DNA of 63,328 nucleotides, counting the filler, from Globobulimina sp. (Eukaryota), in assembly GCA_003354225.1 (NCBI GenBank). It is 19 parts of 19 records of this genome, joined end to end, with 100 filler letters (N's around TTAATTAATTAA, not from the genome) between each part and the next. Parts side by side here need not be neighbours in the genome. Positions count along the whole stretch, not along the records: positions 1 to 3,242 come from PIVH01003329.1; positions 3,343 to 6,583 come from PIVH01003330.1; positions 6,684 to 9,924 come from PIVH01003331.1; 16 more parts are not named here. One strand, 5' to 3'. Each line of letters begins with the position of its first letter. Position 1 is the first letter of the stretch. Position numbers and translations under genes: made by a program. Below are positions 1-9,924 of the stretch, piece by piece. The notes beneath the pieces were generated by a model. It made no database searches. It worked only from the letters and a program-made list of their open reading frames with translations, and was not told the origin of the DNA.

Positions 1-221
1 GGCCAATTGACGTTTGTTATCGTACTGAAATTGATGATTTTATTGGTTCTCGTTCGTTTAAATGGCTCTGCAAATTTAATAATGCAACAAATTCAACATT
101 TCCTGTACATTATAGATATAGAGATCTGAGCTGTAATCTCCTTCAATATGTAGAAGGTGGTGATGTTACACCTGTAAATGAATATAATTGTGATTCAGAC
201 ATTGTATGTCCAGTCGCCACT

Positions 222-713
222 GTGTATGAATATAATACTTGGAATTTAACACAATTTTACAATCCTTACTGTCGAAATGAAACAACAACAATCACCAATA
301 CCACTATTCTCGATGCGACACCTGAACCAATAGCAGATGTGTTTAGTTTTTCATATGTATTAAATGTATGTAACAACAGAAGTGTATTTACTTGCGATAA
401 TTCACATATATATCAATGGAATTATAATGATATCGATTGTCAAAATTTTAAAGATTATCAAATATTTCGACAAACATCGTATGAATGTTTTGATTATAAA
501 AAGTTTAATATCACAGAATGTGATATGAAAGATGTGATTGATCCATTTGCTCCAACTCAGGCACCTACAAAACAACCGACCAAAGCACCGCTTACAGCGG
601 ATCTAACACCAACAACAGCGCCATCTGATGCGTCTGATATTGCTTGTACTTTTCCGTATATACTTAATTTTGTTGTATTATTAACTGTTTGTATCTTTAT
701 GCTCCTTCAATAA
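222..713 (+). CDS. Cys-rich surface protein with PT-repeat stalk and hydrophobic C-terminus (possibly GPI-anchored); true start probably further upstream
   Basis: Cys-rich ectodomain, APTQAPTKQPTKAP stalk, terminal hydrophobic tail FPYILNFVVLLTVCIFMLLQ. Confidence 0.55.
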   Translation: MYEYNTWNLTQFYNPYCRNETTTITNTTILDATPEPIADVFSFSYVLNVCNNRSVFTCDNSHIYQWNYNDIDCQNFKDYQIFRQTSYECFDYKKFNITECDMKDVIDPFAPTQAPTKQPTKAPLTADLTPTTAPSDASDIACTFPYILNFVVLLTVCIFMLLQ

Positions 714-771
714 TTAAACTAGAGTTTTTTGATCCTTGCACTATTTTATTGTTACTTCCGTTAATTCAGCG

Positions 772-1122
772 ATGGATGAAAATGAAATTAATGAATTGTG
801 GTTATTGAGTACACGTAAACTAAAGCGGAAAAGCCAATTATTGCGAGTATCGAGCGAGGGAACAAAAGGAGCAATGATTGGACGCATTGTTGATGCATAT
901 GCAGAGGCAGACGATGACAACTTTTCAAATGATGACATGGAATTGGTATTGGATGATATGTCCGATATTGAGGCATCCCTCTTTTGCCTGCAACAAAATA
1001 TGTATACAATGCAACCTCAAATGTTTGAAAAATATATGTCACAAACTTACGCTCCCAGATATTCAACCACTGAGCAACAACAATTTATCGATGCTGAGGC
1101 AGCGCGAATTGTTACGTACTAA
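772..1122 (+). CDS. SAP-like domain small protein (may be exon 1 of the following gene)
   Basis: LWLLSTRKLKRKSQLLRVSSEGTKGAMIGRI fits the SAP pattern (L..L+..L...G.K..LI.R.). A phase-0 GT(1111)...AG(1172) intron would join it in frame to the ORF at 1173. Confidence 0.4.
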   Translation: MDENEINELWLLSTRKLKRKSQLLRVSSEGTKGAMIGRIVDAYAEADDDNFSNDDMELVLDDMSDIEASLFCLQQNMYTMQPQMFEKYMSQTYAPRYSTTEQQQFIDAEAARIVTY

Positions 1123-1172
1123 AATATATTCACAAATATAGCATAATATTATATAAAATTATAAAAAATAAG

Positions 1173-3242
1173 ATGACTGAACGTGAGGAACAGAAAGAAC
1201 AGAAAGAACAAAAACAACTCACTATGAATGTTGATATTGCCCCTAATTCCAACTCAAAAACAAAAAATGATATAAGAAAAGCATACAAAGACTATGAGAA
1301 AAATAAAGGTCATAAAGCCTCCGATGTCCAATCGTTTATGACCTATTGTAAAAAGAAAAAAAATATAAAAAAATCAAACTGGTCGCTTTGTCGCGAAGTA
1401 ATCCAAGAAATTGATATTGAAAACAAAAAACGTTTATGGAATGAATTCGCTGTATATTATAATAAATACATCGAATCTGACAGCAAACAAAATGGTCAGT
1501 CCTTACAAGATATTTTGCGAAAATTGCACAAATTTGCGATGAGTGAAGCAAAGCATTGCATTGATGGTTTAGTACAAAGCAAGACCTCCAATATGGTGAT
1601 TGTGCACTTTTTATCATGTTTAGAGATTAAAGATGATGTAATTCGCGAATGTGTGGTGATGATATTGTCCACTTTATTTGATGCGGCTGATGATAATTTT
1701 ATTTCTTTTACAGCCGATAACAAAGTGATTGAATATCTGAGTAAGTCATTGATGGTAAGCCACTCTGATATGGGCAATGACAATGCACTCAAATTAACGC
1801 CAGATTCATCGGCCAGAGTTGATATGAAAATATTGCAAGTTTTAGCTGTTAATTTTGCTGGGAAAGAGTTGTTATATCATACGGTGTTTAATCACATTAA
1901 AGAAGCCATAATGTCGCCATACCAACATATTGATTTTATAGAATATGCCTTGGGAGTTATCTCAACTATAATTCAGGACGAAAAAGTCGATAATGCGTTG
2001 GAATGGATCAACTGCGATTGTGTTGGTGATATGAATATTGATCATACCGTACAATTCGCTGTGTATACAATTCAAACTTATACAGATACAGAAGCTGACG
2101 AGTTGGCGAGGATTATATTATTAGCATTGCATATTGATATTAACAAAGCATTAATTGACTTTGGAATGGTCGACACGTGTACTGATTGTACTGATGAACA
2201 GGAGCCGGCACCAAAGTTGAATGTGACTGCTTCACCAATACAGATTATGGAGTCCACAACAACAGCAACGACGTATACAACGCCGAATGTTACGGCAGTT
2301 CCGCTCCATCCGCATACACAACAAAACAGCGCAAATACCGGTATGCAGTATTCGCCATATGTGCAACAGCAACATTCTCCCTATAATATGTCAGCAACAT
2401 ATCAACAACATTCGCCATATATGCAACATTCACCAAATGTGTCCGCAACATATCAACAGCATTCACCATATATGAATAACTCAGCAAATATGACATCATA
2501 TCAGCAACAATATGCTGCACAATATTATCAACAACAACAGCAATATGCTGCGTATTATCAACAACAAAAACTAAAACAACAACAACAACAGCAATATAGA
2601 CAACATTTATACGCGAATACATCCAATCAATATAATGCAATGTCAGTGTCGCCCAGCTCATCATATCAATCATATCAATCTCAAACTTCTCCTCATGATC
2701 AAACCCAAGCAGTAATGACTGGAATGTCTCAACAACAGAAACATATTCAACCTAAAATGCAAAATAATAATAATAATAATATCAATGCTGTTAATGTTAA
2801 TAATAGCAGTAATAACAAACTTGCATTGCCAAAGTTGCAACGTCCGGCTCTCCGTAGACTATCATCAGATGTTCCAATCGAAGATAAAATGCATTCAACA
2901 TTGCGTCAGTTATTATTGAGTGGGAGTGTAATGACAAAATATCCGTCCATACACACAGATATTGCTAACCATTTACAGCTACTCCTTCAGCAGAAATGTA
3001 AGGAGAAATTGGTGCGAATGTCACAGGATTGGAAACAAATTGAATTTCATAATATTGCATCGATATCACAAAACAGCAGAACCAAAAGTAAACCGCCGCG
3101 ATGTTTGCCCATCCACAATATACGACATATTAACTCTTCGTTTAGTGATAGGAAGCAGAGGCAGCAGAGGCAGCATATGATGGGTTTCTCAAACACTAAG
3201 CAGTCAAATCAGGATTTGTTTATTTATGCATTGGACGGAAAA
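1173..3242 (+). CDS. Multidomain protein: small helical domain, ARM-like helical region, Q/Y-rich low complexity, C-terminal PH-like domain (3'-truncated)
   Basis: Long ORF running into the linker; QQHSPY repeats; LLLSGSVMTKY...KLVRMSQDWKQIEF resembles a PLC/myosin-type PH start. Confidence 0.6.
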
Positions 3243-3342
3243 NNNNNNNNNNNNNNNNNNNNNNNNNNNNNNNNNNNNNNNNNNNNTTAATTAATTAANN
3301 NNNNNNNNNNNNNNNNNNNNNNNNNNNNNNNNNNNNNNNNNN
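3243..3342. other. Artificial contig linker (N44-TTAATTAATTAA-N44), first of 18
   Basis: Identical 100-nt spacers with stops in all six frames at 3243-3342, 6584-6683, 9925-10024, 13266-13365, 16606-16705, 19946-20045, 23285-23384, 26624-26723, 29962-30061, 33300-33399, 36638-36737, 39975-40074, 43312-43411, 46649-46748, 49985-50084, 53321-53420, 56657-56756, 59993-60092. Confidence 0.99.
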
Positions 3343-3343
3343 T

Positions 3344-5443
3344 ATTAATGATTCAATTAAAATGGGAAACATGGAATTCTGGCATGAAGATATTAAATTA
3401 GCTACACAAGCTTACATGGCAGGTTACTATAACAAAAATAAAATAATAAACAAACAAAAGGGTATAATAATAGTAGCAAACTTCCCTAACAAGGGGATGG
3501 AAATGCTCAAATTAGAAACAATTTTTAAGGATAGACGACTACAAAAAGCATTTACATTTCAAAATAAAAAATCAGAACAAGCTATTATTACTTATAAATA
3601 TGTAACACCTATCAGTCGTAAATTGTTTAATTATAATTATTTTCTCAAAAAACTTAATATTAGTGAAATTAGAAACATTGCACAAAATAAATGTGAATGT
3701 GTTAATTCAAAATTTGTTTATAATCAATTTCACCACATAATTACGGGAGATTTAAATATTGTCGAAAATACAAAACTAAGAAATTTGTTTGGGAAAGGAG
3801 CAAAATACAGAGAACCAACAGCTGTCAACTGGATAGAAGTCAAAGACAGTGCTATTACAGCGGTAAATGAGTATGTCAGGAAAACTATCAGAAAATGTAC
3901 AACCAGCAAAAGAAGATTTATATTAAGAGCCATGGAAGATTACAAAAAGCTATCTACAAAGATAATTGATAATAGAATTCGCTTTCTAGCAGAGAATGTG
4001 GAAGACAACACTCAAATGCTGTCAATTTTATGTCAACAACAATGTTATAAAGAATTGAAAAGACTGCATGCAAAATTTGTTATAGCGCCAGCTGACAAAG
4101 CAAGCAATAACTTTATCTTTATCTGTAAAAAATATTATACTGAAGTCATGTGCAAGGAACTTGGCATTGAAATTGACAATAATGGTGATTACTCTGTAGC
4201 AGGAAATCTAGTTTATGAACCTAGCAATATTGATGGCAACAGATTGATCGAAAAGCATAAAAGGTTAACAGCACAAAATGGAATAGCAAAATTTGGAGAA
4301 GATAATGAATGTTTACCAGTCATCTTTGCCACGCCTAAGCTGCACAAAGATCCTTATAAATTCCGTTTTATAGCTGGAGCTCGTAACTCTTCTACTAAAC
4401 CTATGTCCAAAATTCTACATCAAATATTAGGGCACTTCCAAAAACACTTTGAAAGATATTGTGCCATAGTTAGTAAAAGAAAAGGATTCAATTGTTATTG
4501 GTCCATTAAAGGCAGTTTGGAAGCACTCAGAAGGATTGAACATAAAATCCAATCGAAAAAACTTGATAGTATATGTACTGCAGATTTCAGCTCTCTTTAT
4601 ACAATGTTTCCACATAACGTTATAAAGGAACAACTTTGCAAGCTTACAGACATGTTATTTAATCATTCCAACAAAAGATTTGTGGTAATTTCATATGCTA
4701 ATGTCTACTATGCAGATCAAGTGGATGCCAGCAATATTATAGTTCTTGATAAAAATGAAGTTAAATCACTTATTAGTGACGTAATAGATGAAACATATGT
4801 AATATTTGGTGGTTTTCACTTTAGACAATCACGTGGTGTTCCAATGGGTGGTAATGCTAGTCCACTTATTGCAGATTTAACACTAAGTATGCTAGAATAC
4901 ATATTTTTGACTAAAAACGAAAACATGAAATTGGCCAAAGCCATGACACATACTATGAGGTATATAGATGATATATTGTCGTTAAACTGTGAAAAGTTTC
5001 TAGAATATGCAAAATTAATATATCCAACATGTTTACCATTAGATAATACTGCAAAATCAGCATATGAAAGCTGTTTTTTGGACATACATATTAACTTAAA
5101 TTTGGGTTATAAACGAATTTCAGTTTATAACAAAACTGATGATTTTAATTTTCATGTTGTCAGATATGGTTTTGCTAGTAGCAATGTACATACTTCAATG
5201 GGATATAAAGTACTGTATTCACAACTTATTAGAATGGGACGCATATGTAACAACTTAAAAGATTTCGAAATCAGAGTTAAACAACTTATAGACACATTGT
5301 CAAAAAATGGCTATAATAAAAGCAGTATGTCCTACATGTTCTTCAAGTTTGCGACAGCATATAGTCCTTTATTACTTAAATTCAAACTGGATAATAAAAT
5401 AAAAATAGCTAAATTTGGTAATAGACTCATAACAAAAGAATAA
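3344..5443 (+). CDS. Penelope-like reverse transcriptase, 5'-truncated, no C-terminal GIY-YIG
   Basis: Frame is open from the contig edge. Motifs: CEC...HIITGDL...KGAKYREP, PADKASNN, PKLHK..KFRFIA, ADFSSLYT, QSRGVPMGGNASP, RYIDD, FLDI, thumb YNKTDDFNF; stop at 5443. Confidence 0.92.
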   Translation: MNDSIKMGNMEFWHEDIKLATQAYMAGYYNKNKIINKQKGIIIVANFPNKGMEMLKLETIFKDRRLQKAFTFQNKKSEQAIITYKYVTPISRKLFNYNYFLKKLNISEIRNIAQNKCECVNSKFVYNQFHHIITGDLNIVENTKLRNLFGKGAKYREPTAVNWIEVKDSAITAVNEYVRKTIRKCTTSKRRFILRAMEDYKKLSTKIIDNRIRFLAENVEDNTQMLSILCQQQCYKELKRLHAKFVIAPADKASNNFIFICKKYYTEVMCKELGIEIDNNGDYSVAGNLVYEPSNIDGNRLIEKHKRLTAQNGIAKFGEDNECLPVIFATPKLHKDPYKFRFIAGARNSSTKPMSKILHQILGHFQKHFERYCAIVSKRKGFNCYWSIKGSLEALRRIEHKIQSKKLDSICTADFSSLYTMFPHNVIKEQLCKLTDMLFNHSNKRFVVISYANVYYADQVDASNIIVLDKNEVKSLISDVIDETYVIFGGFHFRQSRGVPMGGNASPLIADLTLSMLEYIFLTKNENMKLAKAMTHTMRYIDDILSLNCEKFLEYAKLIYPTCLPLDNTAKSAYESCFLDIHINLNLGYKRISVYNKTDDFNFHVVRYGFASSNVHTSMGYKVLYSQLIRMGRICNNLKDFEIRVKQLIDTLSKNGYNKSSMSYMFFKFATAYSPLLLKFKLDNKIKIAKFGNRLITKE

Positions 5444-5450
5444 AATTTGA

Positions 5451-5826
5451 TCTGACAGCTTGCCTAGCTATTATTTTACTAGCTGATAAGCTAGCGGTTT
5501 TATTTACTCACCTTTTGGTGAGTGGTGTTAATCTGTTTACTAGCTTTTAAGCTAGCGGTTTTATTTACACACCTTCGGAAAGTGGTGCTAATCTAGCTTT
5601 GTAGCTAATTTTGGCTATGCCTATGGCGTTGCTTTGCGCCCTTGCTTTAAAACAATACACGCAACTTGCGTCAAATTACTAAATCAAATGCAACAGTCTA
5701 CTGCAGTTTTTATTAGCCTGTAATTTTCCTCAGCAGAAAATAAAGCTTGGTTGCAAATAATAAGCAATTAGATAAAAGGAGCAAGGCATAGAAGTCTAAA
5801 TATTTGATTAGCTATTTGCTGTCAGA
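5451..5826 (+). ncRNA. Predicted structured 3'-UTR RNA of the PLE
   Basis: Nested complementary pairs TCTGACAGC(5451-5459)/GCTGTCAGA(5818-5826), TAGCTAAT(5602-5609)/ATTAGCTA(5807-5814), CTATGCCT(5615-5622)/AGGCATAG(5784-5791), plus a duplicated hairpin module. Confidence 0.6.
5475..5596 (+). repeat. Two tandem ~61-bp imperfect repeats containing hairpins
   Basis: TTTACTAGCTgataAGCTAGCGGTTTTATTTAC...AGTGGTG.TAATCT repeated at 5475-5535 and 5536-5596; the CTAGCT/AGCTAG stem is kept while its loop changes (gata vs ttta). Confidence 0.9.
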
Positions 5827-6298
5827 CCTAAAATTGACATATTATGATCCTCAGATAATAATTCGGAAAAAGTTTCCAGAAACCAAAAACATTAAATTTT
5901 AATTTCTGTCTACTGCGTTTACCATCAGTAAAAATGGCTCCACCAGTGGGATCAAACAAACGAAATAGAAGAGAGGAGGATAATGATGATGGTGATCAAC
6001 ACAACGGTTCAACAATACAAGTAAAACATTTTTTCGTTTATATTATAAACAGTGTACCGTGTTTAAATTTAATAATTTTTTTGCACAAATAACAGAAAAA
6101 ATTTTTCCGCCCACTTGCAGATATTAATTTATATTCTCCTGTATAGTTTGCACTTTGGTTAACACAATTCTCCTTTTTAATTATTTAATTTTTTAATATT
6201 TAAAATCAATTTTTTTAAAAATTTTTTTCTAAGAGTAGAATAGAGGAGTTTTGGTCAAAAATGCATTTTATAACTTTTTGATTTAATTATGAGCTTCG

Positions 6299-6379
6299 AT
6301 GCTATTGGTAGTCTACTGACGAGGTCCAATCAATAGCATACTGAACTTGGTCTAGACTTGGGACCGAAACCAGATTCAG
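6299..6379 (+). ncRNA. Hammerhead ribozyme, non-circularly permuted topology
   Basis: CUGACGA 6316-6322, GAAA 6366-6369, GUC 6350-6352; stem I 6310-6315/6353-6358, stem II 6323-6327/6361-6365, stem III 6341-6351/6369-6379, extra helix 6299-6308/6330-6339. Confidence 0.85.
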
Positions 6380-6683
6380 ATAGGTAGAACCTTTTATCTA
6401 TTTTCGTAATATCATATAATCTACTAAAAAATTTTTTGGTTATAAGTCTAGTTTTTTGCACTGATACATTTGTATCTATTCATTTTCACTTTGAAACTGT
6501 AGGGTCTGAGGCGAATGGAGCGTTAAAGATATGGTTTACAACAACCGCTCTTGACGGCTACAGGTTAACAATGATAAATAACANNNNNNNNNNNNNNNNN
6601 NNNNNNNNNNNNNNNNNNNNNNNNNNNTTAATTAATTAANNNNNNNNNNNNNNNNNNNNNNNNNNNNNNNNNNNNNNNNNNNN

Positions 6684-6962
6684 GTGGTCGTTTGAGTTGT
6701 TTTCGTCGTTGTCTTCATTGTCGGAATCTTCAGACTCTGCCTGTTTGTGATAGATTGCCATTTGGTCCATGTCGTATGGACTATCGTCGATACCTAAACC
6801 TACGGATGGCGGCTGTTGAAGTTGGAGTTGTGGTTGGTGCTGTGCTTGGTTATAATATGGTTGTTGTTGCATCATATTCATATATGGCGCCTGGCCCATG
6901 TTATAACCAATATTTTTATTTTGGTTGTATCTGGGCATTCCATTTTGTGCATTGCCATACAT
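6684..6962 (-). CDS. N-terminal Q/N/M-rich fragment of an unknown protein (3'-truncated)
   Basis: ATG-initiated low-complexity ORF running into the linker, divergent from the MATH gene. Confidence 0.5.
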
Positions 6963-7075
6963 GGCTGTGTGTGTGTTTTGGTTTGATAGTGGTTTTACTT
7001 AAAAACTTGCGTACTGTACTAAAAACATTGCACTTTTTGATGAATAAAATCGTTCAAAATAAAGAAAAAGAAAAC

Positions 7076-9924
7076 ATGGATCATAACAAAAGCTCATCTA
7101 TCTCAATATCTGTCATGAATCCAGTCATGAATCCATTCATAAATCCACCAAATCAAGAAAATGATGATGCGTCTGATGCCTCTGATGACGATGTTGTCGA
7201 CCGCTTACATCTTACCCCTGAGATATTTAAATGGTCAATGACTGAAACAGAATTAAAATGGATCAAAGAATGTGAAACAAAAGAAAAATTCGTGAGTGGT
7301 ACTTTTAAGGCTAACGATGCTTTGTTTGTGTTGGTTTTTTTTCCAAAGAGAGATACTATGAAAAGCTCATTTTATTTGAAATTGTTGCAACTCCCACCAA
7401 ATATAAATGGAATGGTCATCAATGTTACTGTTGAATGCAAAGCATTGGCCATTTCAGATTCGTCGATATTCGATACCTCGTATTCTAGCGATCAATCATC
7501 CAATCTCTTAAAAATAACATTTGCTGATTTCTCACAACATCCATTCAGTTCAGTTCTGTGAGTTCTGTGATCTTACTGTGAATAACAAAACAAATAACAA
7601 TATTCAGCCAAAACAGAGTTATCCAATGTATTTGAATGTGATATCAAAGTGCTGAAAGTATATAAAACTGATACTATGGTCCCCAGAAACATCCATCCAT
7701 TTGATTGGAATTTAAAAGATTGGGAAGTACCATATTTATTAAAAAGTAATAGCGGCGAATTAGAATTTAGTGTAAACACTGCTGGTAATGAATGGTCATT
7801 GTCTTTAAAATGGGGACTGGAGCAACCCTCAGATCAGTCAGATGACGATGAAAAAAAAGTAGAAACAGAAAGAGAAAGGGAAAGAGAAACAGTTGATGTT
7901 ATAATTAGAAAATTGGGCGACCAGGAGGTTACTGCCAGAATATGGACATATTGCGATGAGATATTATGTGGTAATATCACACAAAGGACATTTTCAAATA
8001 AGTGGAGGTATCTTTCAGATTTTCAATATAAAAATAGATTTTCGGATTTGCATCGTATTAAATTCCATGGATTTGTGGAGTTAATGGATGATGGCTTGGC
8101 CTTAGATTCGAGAATAGCGAACTCGCCAAATAACACAGAATTTAATGGTAAATTTGAATGGAATGTAAATGCAAAGACCCTGAAAGTATTGAAAAATGCT
8201 TCTAAAGAGGAACACTTTTGGTCAAAATCCTTCGAAATAGGTGACTGTATTTGGACACTTCAATTATATCCAAATTCAGATTCTGATTCAGTTTATATCC
8301 AGCTTTGTTTACTTATGCTACCATCAAATGTACGAGAAGTTACAATAAGATTTAATGTTAAATTGAACGAATTTGAAGAAAATGAGTTTATTCACAAATT
8401 TAATTACGTCAAAGACCGCGTTTATTGTCCTGATATGTCAACAGAGCAATTTATATCGTTAGAAACGCTTCGTTTATTATGTCAGATTGAGATTATATCC
8501 ATGAACGATGCAAATGGTATAAATCATATTGATTCGGAAGAAAATAAATACGACGATGAAGTCGACAGTCCGCATGGTTTTGAATTAAAATTAAAGCCTG
8601 AAGAAGTGGAGATATTCTATAATCCCAAATTAACCGACAAAAAATATGCAGTATTTAGATCTTTTTGGTTGAAAGGAATTAAATGGAAATTTGTGTGTTA
8701 TCCAAATGGTAATAATGATGATGCCATAGGGTTCACTTTGGCGTATTTGTATGTTACTGAATATCCACCAAATGTAAATGGACTAAAATGTAGGTTTTGG
8801 GTAATATGTAATGAGGGATTGTATGGTAGTGTTTATGATCAGATTTGGGACAAAAAGAAAGATCGAGTAGGCTATGGATGGGGCGATAAACTCAATTATA
8901 GCAGGTTTGGAGAATTAAAGGATGACAAAGAAACGAATGGCATTACATTTCTGTGCCATATTGAAATTTTAGAGTATTTTTCCGCTGAAAATCCGATTCC
9001 TGAGAAGATAAATATAACAAATATTGAAAAAAATGGGGAGTTTGCATGTAAAAAGTGTGCCTCATTGATGTTAGACAACGGGAAATTACGTGAGATAAAC
9101 AATAATATGATGCATGGATTTGATCGGTTGTTAATGTCGGATAAAGGGCAAAGTGTTATGAGTGAGGGAGATTTGAATGCACAAAAACAGCCAATGATGA
9201 ATTCGTGGAATGATAAAGTATTCAGAATATTGGATGAAAAGAAAAGAGTGAAACAAGAAATGGAAGAACTTCAAAACAAAATCGATAGTTTACACGAAAT
9301 GGTAGTGGTCGAAAAAGTGACTGGGAAGGAACTACATATCACTGCTTTGAAAGCAACAGATGGTAAAAATGATGAAATTACCAAAGTCACTCAAAAAAAC
9401 ACTGAAGTGACTGAACCATGCAAGAAATGTACGCGATTGGAGTCTGAGAAAGAATCGCTTCAAAATGAGAACAGTAAGTTAGAGCAAAGAATTAAAGCTT
9501 TGAACGATGAATCCAAGCAAGATGAACAAAAGGGACATGACACGAAGAATGATGATCATGAACTTGAGGAAATGCTACAACATTTATTCAATGAGAATGA
9601 CATATTGCAGCGAGAACAATATGCACTCAAAGCTAAAGAGAAGGAACTCCGGAATGAGTTGATTGAAAATGAGAAGGAATTGAATGAAAAAGAGCAAACA
9701 ATCAAAACGCTCTCAGAGTCATATGATGCGATTGTGCAACAAATGAAGAATAAGGATGATGAGAAAAGTGAGAAAGGATCCGGATCAAACAATCGATTGG
9801 CATTATTTTTATCATCACTTAATTTAAAAAAAGAGTTTTATGATAAATTTAAAAAAGAAGGGTTTGTAGATGATTTTGAAATGGTTTCGGAATTAACAGA
9901 TGGAGATTTGAGCGGCCTTGGAAT
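7076..9924 (+). CDS. Tandem MATH/TRAF-like domains + coiled coil + C-terminal SAM domain (intron ~7548-7607; 3'-truncated)
   Basis: Repeated MATH signatures FKWSM...FVLVFFPK, FEWNV...WTLQLYPN, WKFVCYPNG; E/K-rich heptads; LALFLSSLNL...YDKFKKEGF...ELTDGDLSGLG is SAM-like. The two ORFs are in the same frame, bridged by a 60-nt GT-AG intron. Confidence 0.75.

Larger units (their letters stand above)
3343..6583 (+). mobile_element. Penelope-like retroelement (PLE), partial
   Basis: PLE-type RT ORF plus a downstream hammerhead core; the combination is an established hallmark of PLEs. Confidence 0.85.

Noticed and set aside
5443-5930. SECIS element or selenoprotein recoding, as in some Naiad PLEs
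   Set aside because: No in-frame UGA in the visible RT frame and no convincing AUGA/GA quartet with AA loop found by eye; the missing 5' part cannot be judged.
6310-6390. Conventional type I or type III hammerhead reading, using GUA at 6384-6386 or 6308-6310
   Set aside because: Neither triplet is followed by a strand that can form stem I with AGUCUA; only the internal GUC at 6350-6352 satisfies both stem I and stem III.
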